This document shows, in pieces, positions 47,585-55,905 of a stretch of DNA of 58,361 nt. Positions within the stretch are counted from its first letter, which is position 1; each line of letters begins with the position of its first letter. The notes beneath the pieces were generated by a model. The model made no database searches. It saw only the letters and a list, made by a program, of their open reading frames with translations, and had not been told where the DNA came from. A program made the translations under genes and the position numbers. Source of the stretch: Candidatus Aegiribacteria sp. (GTDB taxonomy: Bacteria > Fermentibacterota > Fermentibacteria > Fermentibacterales > JCC-6); the NCBI GenBank assembly GCA_046498225.1, contig JAWOBF010000150.1, forward strand, positions 1 to 58,361, read 5' to 3'.

Positions 47585-48853
47585 CTAGTCTCCCATTCTC
47601 TCCAGTATCTCCCGAATATCCCCGGCTGCCTCCTCCGCCATCGCCGGAATATTCCCGCCGGACTCGCCGACCGCGGCGTGCAGAAAGCTCTGCAGACGGT
47701 GGGATACCTGGGGGTACAGAGGAGTTTTCGGCCTGGGGACCGCGTTCTCGAATACCGGCTCCATCTCCTCGAAATGGGGATTCGCCGCCAGCACCAGGCT
47801 GTCCGCGTAAAGTGACCTCCTGGCAGGCGGTTTGCCAACCTCGGCCGCGAAAAGCCTCTGCACCTCCTCCGAGGTCATGAAGCTTACGAAACGGAAAGCC
47901 TCCTCCGGGTGCGGCGAGAAGGAACTTACGCCGAAACTCCATCCTCCCAGAGCGGATACGCTCTCCCCTTCGGGGAATCGCGGCAGTATGGATATCTCAA
48001 CGTTTCCCGCCACCCGTGACATCTCCGGGTCGGCGCAGAGCGCCCAGGCGTAGGGCCAGTTCCTGTGAAAGACGGCCCCGCCGGACGCGAACAGCTCCAG
48101 CGATTCCTGCTCCCTGTAGGTGAGTATGCCTGGAGGAGTTATCCCGTTCAAGCCCACCAGGCTGTCCCTGGCGAACCTCAGCGCTCTCAGGGCTTCGGGG
48201 CTCTCCGGTTCCATCAGCGACCCTCCGGCGGAACCGGTCAGCTCCAGCATGTTGCAGATAAGTCCCTCGTACTGGGCCAGCTGGGCGGAGTAGCCGTAGA
48301 GCGACGGGTCCGCCTCCCCTTTCAGCACGCTGTCCGCGGCGGCCACCAGCTGTCCCCATGTCTCCGGGACCTCCAGTCCGTACTTCTCCAGCAGGTCGGA
48401 CCTGCAGTAGAGCACTCCGGCGTCCAGGAAGAATGGGACGCCGTACACGCTTCCCTCCCAGGTCGCCGCCTCCACGCAGCCGGTGAAGAAGAGTTCACGC
48501 TCCTCCTCCGGAAAGAAGTCATCCAGAGGAAGCGCCCATCCCACCGCCGCGAATTCCGGCGGCCAGACCACGTCCATAACGAACACGTCCACCGAGCTAT
48601 CCCTGTTCCTGAGCCTCTGCGAGAGCATGTCGTGAAGCTGGGTGGAGGAGCTCGGACCGGTCTCCAGTATCACTTCCACGTCCGGGTTGCGTTCATGGAA
48701 CCTGTCTATGGCCTCTTCCCAGGTTTCCGGCGAGTTCGGCCTCCAGGTGAGTACGCTGATGCGGGTGACGCCTTCGTCCGGGCTCTCCCTCCCGCATGAC
48801 AGCAGCACGGCCAGGGCGCCGACCGAGGCCAGAACTCTCAGTTTCCGCGGCAC
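47585..48853 (-). CDS. Carbohydrate ABC transporter substrate-binding lipoprotein
   Basis: Lipobox LLSC; DVFVMDVVWPPEFA, LYCRSDLL, YEGL, RNWPY, LGGW, RP..P.Y. Confidence 0.9.
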   Translation of the reverse strand: MPRKLRVLASVGALAVLLSCGRESPDEGVTRISVLTWRPNSPETWEEAIDRFHERNPDVEVILETGPSSSTQLHDMLSQRLRNRDSSVDVFVMDVVWPPEFAAVGWALPLDDFFPEEERELFFTGCVEAATWEGSVYGVPFFLDAGVLYCRSDLLEKYGLEVPETWGQLVAAADSVLKGEADPSLYGYSAQLAQYEGLICNMLELTGSAGGSLMEPESPEALRALRFARDSLVGLNGITPPGILTYREQESLELFASGGAVFHRNWPYAWALCADPEMSRVAGNVEISILPRFPEGESVSALGGWSFGVSSFSPHPEEAFRFVSFMTSEEVQRLFAAEVGKPPARRSLYADSLVLAANPHFEEMEPVFENAVPRPKTPLYPQVSHRLQSFLHAAVGESGGNIPAMAEEAAGDIREILERMGD

Positions 48854-48859
48854 GGCATA

Positions 48860-50383
48860 TCACCTCTCTTCCGAGAGGGCGCCTTCCAGGGCTTCGACTA
48901 CCCTGTCGATCTCCTCCCTGCTTATGACCAGCGGGGGCATGAACCTGAGCACCGGCCCGGTGGAAAGGGATGAGTAAGCCCCCCTCTCCATCATTCCCAG
49001 CTGCACTTCCCGCACTCTCTCGGGGCTGTCCAGTTCCACCGCCACCATAAGGCCTATGGTCCTGAAATCCTTCATCAGCGGGGATTCGATGCTCTCCAGT
49101 CTTCCGTGGAAGTAACGGGAAAGCTTGCTGACACGAACGGTGAGGTCCAGAGCGCGCATCTGGCGGGTGGCTATAAGGGCGGCGGTCATGGCCATGGGAT
49201 TGCCGCCGAAGGTTGAGCCGTCGTAGCCGCCTTTCATTCGGCCGGAAACCTGTGGAGTGGTCACAACGGCGGTTACCGGATAGCCCCCTCCGAACGATTT
49301 GCCGATGGTTATGATGTCGGGGGTAACCCCGTAACGGTCGCACGCGAACCACTGCCCGGGGCCTCCCGATACCCTGGCGAAGCCAGTCTGAATCTCGTCC
49401 ACGACCATCAGGGCATCGTGCTCGCTGCACAGCTTCCTGATGCCGACGGCGAACTCAGCCGTGGCGGGGCGCATCCCCGCCTCCTCCCCCTGCACCAGCT
49501 CCAGCACCACGGTGCCGGCTGCGCCGGATTTCAGGAGCTTCTCCACCTCCTCCAGCTCATTGAAGGGGGCGAAGTGAACCCAGTCCTCGCTGTCCAGCCC
49601 GAAGGGCTCCCGGTACGCCGGATTGTGGGTTATGGCCACCGCTCCATGGGTCCTGCCGTGAAATCCGCCCTCGAAGGCTATCACACCCCTGTTGCCTGTG
49701 TACGCCTTGGCTATCTTGATGGCCTTGTCCACCGCTTCTCCGCCGGAGTTCTGCCAGTAGAAGCGGGAAAGCCCCTCGGGCATCATGGGCATTATCTCCT
49801 TCAGAAAACGGGCCCTGGCCACCTGTATCCTGTCCTCCTTCTGGGATATCAGCAGCCTGGCCTGGTTGTACAGTCCCAGCGCGATGGCGTCGTTGGAGTT
49901 GCCAAGGTTCGTGGCGCTGTAGTTGCTGTCCAGGTCGACGTATACCCTGCCCCTGGAGTCCTGTATCAGCGCGCCTTCACCATTCACCGGCAGCATGTCG
50001 TCCTCCAGGTGGGACACCGGTATCTTGAACTTCCTGTGAAGCTCCACCACTTCCCTGGTGGACAGCTCGGATTCCATGACGAAATCCGCCACGGCGGCTA
50101 TCTCCTCCGGCTTGAGCTCCTCCAGCAGGACAGCGGCCACCCTGGTGGCCTCATGGACCGCCAGGGAATCGAACGGAGCGGCGCCCGAAGCCGCTTCCTT
50201 GCATTTCTTCAGGACCTCCTCACCCCTTCCGCCGGGCACCACTATACCCAGCACCTCCGTTATCCTGGCCAGGGTAGTGCCCGACCTCTCCGGATGATTC
50301 GACGGGTCGAAGACCAGCGCTTCAAGCAGACTGTGCTGAAGCGATTCGATTCCTTCCGAGAACGCGGAAAGCCCTGTTGACAT
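48860..50383 (-). CDS. Class III PLP aminotransferase with ~100-aa N-terminal extension
   Basis: GEG..I.D..G..Y.D, NSGGEAVDKAIK, FHGRT, ELVQGEE, DEIQTG, GKSFGGG (PLP Lys), STFGGNP, LRFMPPL; ATG 50383 with AAGGA RBS. Confidence 0.88.
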   Translation of the reverse strand: MSTGLSAFSEGIESLQHSLLEALVFDPSNHPERSGTTLARITEVLGIVVPGGRGEEVLKKCKEAASGAAPFDSLAVHEATRVAAVLLEELKPEEIAAVADFVMESELSTREVVELHRKFKIPVSHLEDDMLPVNGEGALIQDSRGRVYVDLDSNYSATNLGNSNDAIALGLYNQARLLISQKEDRIQVARARFLKEIMPMMPEGLSRFYWQNSGGEAVDKAIKIAKAYTGNRGVIAFEGGFHGRTHGAVAITHNPAYREPFGLDSEDWVHFAPFNELEEVEKLLKSGAAGTVVLELVQGEEAGMRPATAEFAVGIRKLCSEHDALMVVDEIQTGFARVSGGPGQWFACDRYGVTPDIITIGKSFGGGYPVTAVVTTPQVSGRMKGGYDGSTFGGNPMAMTAALIATRQMRALDLTVRVSKLSRYFHGRLESIESPLMKDFRTIGLMVAVELDSPERVREVQLGMMERGAYSSLSTGPVLRFMPPLVISREEIDRVVEALEGALSEER

Positions 50384-50439
50384 GATCCTTCCTTTCCTGA
50401 ACCCCTTTTTTATCGGTTTATGGATCGATGAGGCGCGAT

Positions 50440-51282
50440 TCAGTCCCTCTCGACCTCCTCTACTTCGTTGTACCATTTGATCCTGTCGCCTATCAGCGAC
50501 CTGAGCTTCCATTTCAGGGTCCTGGAGCGGCCGTTCACCAGCTCCAGTATCCGGGTTGTCCTTTTCCGGACCGTGGCGGAGTCCTCCCCCGACAGGTATT
50601 CGGAGGAGAAGTCCATGGTCTTCCTGAGGTTTTCCGTGGCCGTCCTCCACCAACCCCAGTCCCCGGAGAGCAATCGGGCAATGTAACTTCCGTCGATACA
50701 GCCGGTTCCGGACCCGTCGCATGAAATGGAATATTCACTGAGGAGAACCATGATGTCCACAAGGTCCTTCCTGTTTATCTCCACTATCTGCAGCTTCTCA
50801 AGCAGCAGGTCGGTGACGCTCACGGTAGGGCTGTCCAGCTCCAGTCTCTTCCTGAAATCTATCTCGTGGCAGAATCGGAGCTTGTCCAGGAACACGTCGG
50901 AATGGAGGGGGATCTCAGGGTGGTGGAATATTCTCCTTTTATGTCCGAACAGCCTGAGGACGGTCTGGTTCTCGGTCCAGCCCATGTCGAAGAACATGTC
51001 CTGTATACCGGGAATTTCCTTCGACCTGGCTACGAAGTCTATATCGGTGAGATACCTTCCGTTAAGGTATTCGAGGTGCTTGTGACCGGGACATTTGATT
51101 CTGAAGGCTATCGAGCCCAGCGCGCGGATGGTGACCCGGAACTCCCGGGCCTTCTCCATTATTCCTTCCAGCATCTCCACCATCCGCCGCTCCTGCAGCT
51201 GCAGGTTCCGGGGAGTAAGGGGTGTTCCGGGCTGCATATATGGAGCGTGAACACCCTCCGGAAGGACAGGGGTCCCGCTCAT
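50440..51282 (-). CDS. Nucleotidyltransferase-like (Pol-beta fold) protein of unknown function
   Basis: ALGSIAF...LTDIDFV (GS..DxD), DVF, DLLLEKLQI, KDLVD; ATGA overlap with the upstream gene. Confidence 0.7.
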   Translation of the reverse strand: MSGTPVLPEGVHAPYMQPGTPLTPRNLQLQERRMVEMLEGIMEKAREFRVTIRALGSIAFRIKCPGHKHLEYLNGRYLTDIDFVARSKEIPGIQDMFFDMGWTENQTVLRLFGHKRRIFHHPEIPLHSDVFLDKLRFCHEIDFRKRLELDSPTVSVTDLLLEKLQIVEINRKDLVDIMVLLSEYSISCDGSGTGCIDGSYIARLLSGDWGWWRTATENLRKTMDFSSEYLSGEDSATVRKRTTRILELVNGRSRTLKWKLRSLIGDRIKWYNEVEEVERD

Positions 51283-52229
51283 CCCTCCACCTTCCACTGA
51301 TTGGTCACCGCTCCGTCATCGATTTCCACTATGTATCCTCTGAGTATTCCCTCACCGTACTCGGACCCGGGGTTTATCACGGGGGTCTCCCCCACCCGGT
51401 CATGGCCGGAGGATTCATGTATATGCCCGTGCAGACCTATCATCGGCTGGTATTTCTCAAGGGCGCGCGTTACCGCGGTCGAGCCCACGTGAACGAAATT
51501 CACCTGACCCGCCACCGTTACCGGCTTCCTGCTGGAATCCAGCTCCGGGGCCAGGTCCAGCATGGTGCCATGGGGGGGCGCGTGCAGGTTGAATATGGAC
51601 CTGGAAGGATCATCCAGCATTCCCGCGAGCTTTCGTATCCTCTTCTTCATTCCCTTCTCGCTGTCCTCCCTGGGGGTGTCCCAGGGGGTGGGATTAACGT
51701 AATCCAGGCTTATCATCGGCGCGCCCAGCACACTGGTGACAGAATCGAGGCACCACTGGACCCCCCTGTCCCGGAATGACCTTATCACGTCGTCTATCTG
51801 AAAATCGTCGTCGTTGCCCGGCATTACTATGACATCCACGGCGGACGTGTCTATGGAATCCACCAGCATCTCCATCCATCGCTGCATCCTGTCCACTATC
51901 ATCCGCATCATCAGCTCCTCCACGGCGGAAGGGTCTTTCTGGAGCTCCTCCACCCTCTCCGGGCCGCAGCGCAGGGTATAGGCGCCGGCATCCCGGATCC
52001 TTTTCTCCATTTCGTCCACATCGGAGCCGTTTTGCAGCTTCCAGTTCCTGCCGAAGTAGAAGGCCTCATGCACTCCGCCGCCCCTGTCGATGATGGGAAC
52101 CAGGGATTTGCCGGTGAGGTCGCCGCAGAGCAGCAGAGCGTCAACACCGTATATCTCGGGAACCTTCAGCCATTTCCTCCAGACGCTGTCCGCGCCGTGA
52201 ACGTCAACCGAAAAGAACAGTCTGGCCAT
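51279..52229 (-). CDS. Metallophosphoesterase (calcineurin-like)
   Basis: DVHG, GDL, GNDD, HAPP, GHIHE, NPGS. Confidence 0.88.
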   Translation of the reverse strand: MARLFFSVDVHGADSVWRKWLKVPEIYGVDALLLCGDLTGKSLVPIIDRGGGVHEAFYFGRNWKLQNGSDVDEMEKRIRDAGAYTLRCGPERVEELQKDPSAVEELMMRMIVDRMQRWMEMLVDSIDTSAVDVIVMPGNDDDFQIDDVIRSFRDRGVQWCLDSVTSVLGAPMISLDYVNPTPWDTPREDSEKGMKKRIRKLAGMLDDPSRSIFNLHAPPHGTMLDLAPELDSSRKPVTVAGQVNFVHVGSTAVTRALEKYQPMIGLHGHIHESSGHDRVGETPVINPGSEYGEGILRGYIVEIDDGAVTNQWKVEG

Positions 52230-52239
52230 GCCTTCTCCC

Positions 52240-53820
52240 CTATTCCGGAGGTATCTGCGAGTAGATGCTGCCCACGTCCACTCCCTCTTTGCGGTTCCTG
52301 TTCTGCTGGTAGAGGTAGACCACCAGTCCCGCCAGCATCACCAGTATGAGCGTCAGCATCACTACAGGGGTGAAGTTGACGAAGGAGAGATAGATGAAGA
52401 ACCACCCCACCAGGAAAGCGAAGCCGCCCAGAATGGTTATGACCGGCACTCCCAGCAGCTCCCACTGTACCGGTGAGCGCCGGTAGATCTCCGGTTTGTG
52501 GTATGGGAGGAGCATGGTGCTCAGTCCGTAGGGCCAGAAGATGAAGAAGGTGGTAAGTGTCAGTATGGACAGGATAACGTCAACGGAAAGGGTCATAATG
52601 AACACGCCCACTACGCAGAAGCAGGCGTTGAGATGAACCGCGTTGGTGGGCGAGCCGGTTCTCCTGTTCACCGCGGACAGGGCCCTGGGAAATGATTTGT
52701 CCATGGACATGGCGAATGCCAGCCGCGAATTGGCCAGGAATCCCGGCAGTATGGAATTGGCGAACCACAGGGCTATGGAGACCGAGACGGCAAGCCCGAA
52801 CCACACGTTTCCGGCTATGGCCATGAAGTAGAACGGGACCGAAGGCTGGACCAGCCCTCCCATTATGCCTTCCAGGACTCCGGGGTGGTTGTCGTAGAGG
52901 TAGTCGTAGCTGGCTATGAAGTCACCGAATGCGCTGTATGTGGCCAGAACGATTATGACGTAGAACAGGCCCACGAACACCGTTCCGATGGTGAACCCCT
53001 TTATCATGCTTGTCTTGGGGGTCTTGACCTCCCCTCCGGCGTAGTTGATTATGGTGATGCTTGCGTAGGCCCATATAACCACTATCATGGCGTTTATGGT
53101 GCTGGCGAAGGAGAAGGGGGCCTTCTCCCATCCCAGCGCCTCCGCCTGGGTCACCACGGCCTGGAAGGTGCCCTCTCCCCAGGTGCTGTCGAAAGCTCCG
53201 GCAACGCTCTCGATACCTCCCGAAAGAAAGAACATCACAACCGCTATGAGGGTTCCGGCCAGCGGTATGAAGAAAATGGCTCGCATTATCTTCTTTATCC
53301 TGCGAATCCCTTTGTAGGCGATGTACCAGAAGAGAAGCACCCACAGCAGGCCCCCCGCCAGCTGCCAGAGCGGAAGCTGCATGGCGGCGCCCGCCCGGGC
53401 CAGCCACCCGATGCCGCTGCTGAGGGCGGCGGTGGAGAAGGCGGAGCCCATAAGGCCCACCACTATGTACCCCAGGACTCCGCTGGAGATGCCGTATCCG
53501 ATGAACAGGAGCCATGAGCTCAGGTAGCCCACAGTGGGTCCCAGAACCCGGCTGACAGCGATATAGAGACCTCCGGAGCGGGGCATGGCGGCGGAAGTTA
53601 TGGCCACCAGGAGGGTTATGGGCAGAAAGACCATGAGCCCTATGAGAAATGCCAGCGGAAGGCTGGCTCCGGGAAAGTCCGCGGCCGTGGACACCGAATA
53701 GTAGATGACTCCCGATGCCGCGGGGCCGGCAACAACGAATACGAAGACGTCGAACCAGGAGAGTTCTCTGACAAGGCCCGAAGCCCTTCTGGTGAATATA
53801 ACACCCTTTTTGTCAGCCAT
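52240..53820 (-). CDS. APC-family amino acid/amine permease
   Basis: FTRRASGLVRE, AMPRSGGLY, WAY, GEVK.P, SRLAFAMSMD; at least 12 TM helices; ATG 53820 with GAGG RBS. Confidence 0.9.
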   Translation of the reverse strand: MADKKGVIFTRRASGLVRELSWFDVFVFVVAGPAASGVIYYSVSTAADFPGASLPLAFLIGLMVFLPITLLVAITSAAMPRSGGLYIAVSRVLGPTVGYLSSWLLFIGYGISSGVLGYIVVGLMGSAFSTAALSSGIGWLARAGAAMQLPLWQLAGGLLWVLLFWYIAYKGIRRIKKIMRAIFFIPLAGTLIAVVMFFLSGGIESVAGAFDSTWGEGTFQAVVTQAEALGWEKAPFSFASTINAMIVVIWAYASITIINYAGGEVKTPKTSMIKGFTIGTVFVGLFYVIIVLATYSAFGDFIASYDYLYDNHPGVLEGIMGGLVQPSVPFYFMAIAGNVWFGLAVSVSIALWFANSILPGFLANSRLAFAMSMDKSFPRALSAVNRRTGSPTNAVHLNACFCVVGVFIMTLSVDVILSILTLTTFFIFWPYGLSTMLLPYHKPEIYRRSPVQWELLGVPVITILGGFAFLVGWFFIYLSFVNFTPVVMLTLILVMLAGLVVYLYQQNRNRKEGVDVGSIYSQIPPE

Positions 53821-53873
53821 GATCACCTCTAACTCATTTTAATGATGGTAGTGAATTATTGGTATGCTTTTAC

Positions 53874-53902
53874 ATCTTACTGACAGTTATATTGGATGTC
53901 AA
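53874..53902 (-). promoter_or_regulatory. Near-consensus sigma70 promoter for the APC...ABC operon
   Basis: TTGACA-17 bp-TAAGAT in an AT-rich gap. Confidence 0.75.
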
Positions 53903-53970
53903 GAACAGGACTCAGCCTCCGCTGGAACAGCGTTACAGAGGCTTTTTCGGGCTTTACGGCCCCGCTGTTC

Positions 53971-55881
53971 CTACCGCACCAGCAGTTTCGCGGTCTGCCT
54001 TATCCCACCGGGACCCGATGCCTCCACCAGGTAGATGCCCGAGGGCATTCCGGTGAGATCGAGGGCCCTCTCCCCCGGCGAGAGGCTCCATTCCCCCAGC
54101 ATTCTGCCGGAAAGGTCGTACAGGCCGACCTCCAGGGACGATCCGTCCATTCCGCCCCACAGTATCTCGGTGGAGCTTACGGCAGGATTCGGCGCGAAAT
54201 GCAGCGTACCGGTACCCATGGCGGGGGGGCGCGGCCTCTCTTCCATTCCGGTGAGATGTGTCGACAGGACGTAGTTGCCCGGGTCGAACTGGACGCTCAC
54301 CGGCTGGAAGGGAACGGTGAAGACCTGGCTCTGTGCCGCCTGGTCGTTCCACATTACCACCAGGGAGTCCTGCGAGCTTCCCTGCACCAGGAACTCCAGC
54401 GGCATGGTGAAAACGGTGGGAGTGGTCTGCACCTGCTGCAGGTCGATGGTCAAGTCCCACTGTGAGCCGGACTGGACCCAGCCGTACTCCAGGTCGTAAA
54501 CGGGATAGCCCCACCCGTGCACCCAGGCATCGATGAACCAGTCAATATCCTCTCCGATCACGTTCTCTATGTGGTCCCTCAGGTCGTCGGTGGTGGCGGT
54601 TGCGTAGGCGTGGTGCTCGAAGTACTCATCCAGGGAGGCGAAGAAGTCGGTGTCGCCCAGGATATGCCTGAGCATGTGAAGGACGGACGCTCCCTTCTCG
54701 TATGTGGTGTAACTCCACATCTCCGCAGGTGTGGTGGGATCGGAAATGGGAAACAGCTCACCGCTGTTGAGATAGGGTATCATGATGCTGTTCAGCACGT
54801 AGTTATCGTAGCTGGCCTGGCCGTAGTACTCCTCCCATACGGCTTCGCTGTATGTGGCGAAGCTCTCGGAGAGCCATACGTCGGACCACACAGCCTCGGT
54901 AACGCAGTTCCCCCACCAGTGGTGGCTCATCTCGTGGGCGAGAAGCCAGTCGTAGGCGGTGGTGCCGTTTATGGCGAAGGCGATGTGATATACCTGCGTG
55001 AGGTGTTCCATGTCTCCCACGGGGGTCTGGACGTAGCTGAACTTGGTGTCCCATGGGTAAGGCCCGTAGACGCTCTGGAAGCGGTCCATCATGAGGTCGA
55101 CGTTCTGAAAGCTTCCCAGCGCGTCCTCTATCTCCCAGGGGTATACGTAGTAGTATATCCAGTCGCAGGTGGAATCCTGAAGGACAACGTAATCGGATAC
55201 GGAGAAAGCGGCCAGGTAGGTGGACATGGGCTGGGGCTGGTCCCAGTGGTAGGTGGCCGTGGCTTGCGCCGGGTCCTCCCTCATCGTCACCAGGTCACCC
55301 CCGGCCACCGCGTACAGCGTATCGGGAACGGTTATGCGGAACTGGAAAGAGGCCTTGTCGGCGGGATGGTCCCATGACGGGAATATCACCCGCCCCATGG
55401 ATGGAGGGTCGGTGTACACGCCTACACCCATGTGGTAATGCACGTAGGGATGGAAGTAGAACCCTCCGAAACCTCCGGCTCCCTCGTTCCACGGCGTGCC
55501 GGAATACGCCGCCGTCACCTCCACCGTATCACCCGGGCCGGAAGGTGATGAAAGGGTCACGAAGAGGGAATCCTCCTGCTGCTGGTAAGCGAGGGAACCC
55601 GTCTGGTCCCATACCGAGGTCACCTCCAGCTCCACCAGGTCCAGCCGTATCTCCGAAAGACCCTCCACCTCCGGAGTGAACATCACCGTCGTGGTACATT
55701 CCAGGACCTCCAGGTCCGGAAAGACCTCGATGGCGATATCGTAATTGAGAACATCGTAATCACCGGTCAATGTGTTCTCAGACATAACTTCATTGCCGTA
55801 ACCCGAAACCGGTCTTCGCAGGGCGTGCATGTCCGGGCCGGGCGCCTGCGCCGCCAGTACAGCCATCAGTATCGCTATCAT
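53971..55881 (-). CDS. Secreted M1 family aminopeptidase with C-terminal sorting domain
   Basis: GDMEH, HEMSH-X18-E (WLSESFATY), YEKGA..LHMLR; CTD APNP..YDLSGR..SGIYLV. Confidence 0.9.
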   Translation of the reverse strand: MIAILMAVLAAQAPGPDMHALRRPVSGYGNEVMSENTLTGDYDVLNYDIAIEVFPDLEVLECTTTVMFTPEVEGLSEIRLDLVELEVTSVWDQTGSLAYQQQEDSLFVTLSSPSGPGDTVEVTAAYSGTPWNEGAGGFGGFYFHPYVHYHMGVGVYTDPPSMGRVIFPSWDHPADKASFQFRITVPDTLYAVAGGDLVTMREDPAQATATYHWDQPQPMSTYLAAFSVSDYVVLQDSTCDWIYYYVYPWEIEDALGSFQNVDLMMDRFQSVYGPYPWDTKFSYVQTPVGDMEHLTQVYHIAFAINGTTAYDWLLAHEMSHHWWGNCVTEAVWSDVWLSESFATYSEAVWEEYYGQASYDNYVLNSIMIPYLNSGELFPISDPTTPAEMWSYTTYEKGASVLHMLRHILGDTDFFASLDEYFEHHAYATATTDDLRDHIENVIGEDIDWFIDAWVHGWGYPVYDLEYGWVQSGSQWDLTIDLQQVQTTPTVFTMPLEFLVQGSSQDSLVVMWNDQAAQSQVFTVPFQPVSVQFDPGNYVLSTHLTGMEERPRPPAMGTGTLHFAPNPAVSSTEILWGGMDGSSLEVGLYDLSGRMLGEWSLSPGERALDLTGMPSGIYLVEASGPGGIRQTAKLLVR

Positions 55882-55905
55882 CTTCTCCCCCTGTCCTTAC
55901 AATCC

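Noticed and set aside
8589..50722. Long N-terminal extensions in the ORF track (era, Big_5, ParB-TPR, murI, rfbC, SCS-beta, ABC permease, aminotransferase)
   Set aside because: They overlap neighbouring real genes; downstream starts with RBS or stop/start coupling fit better
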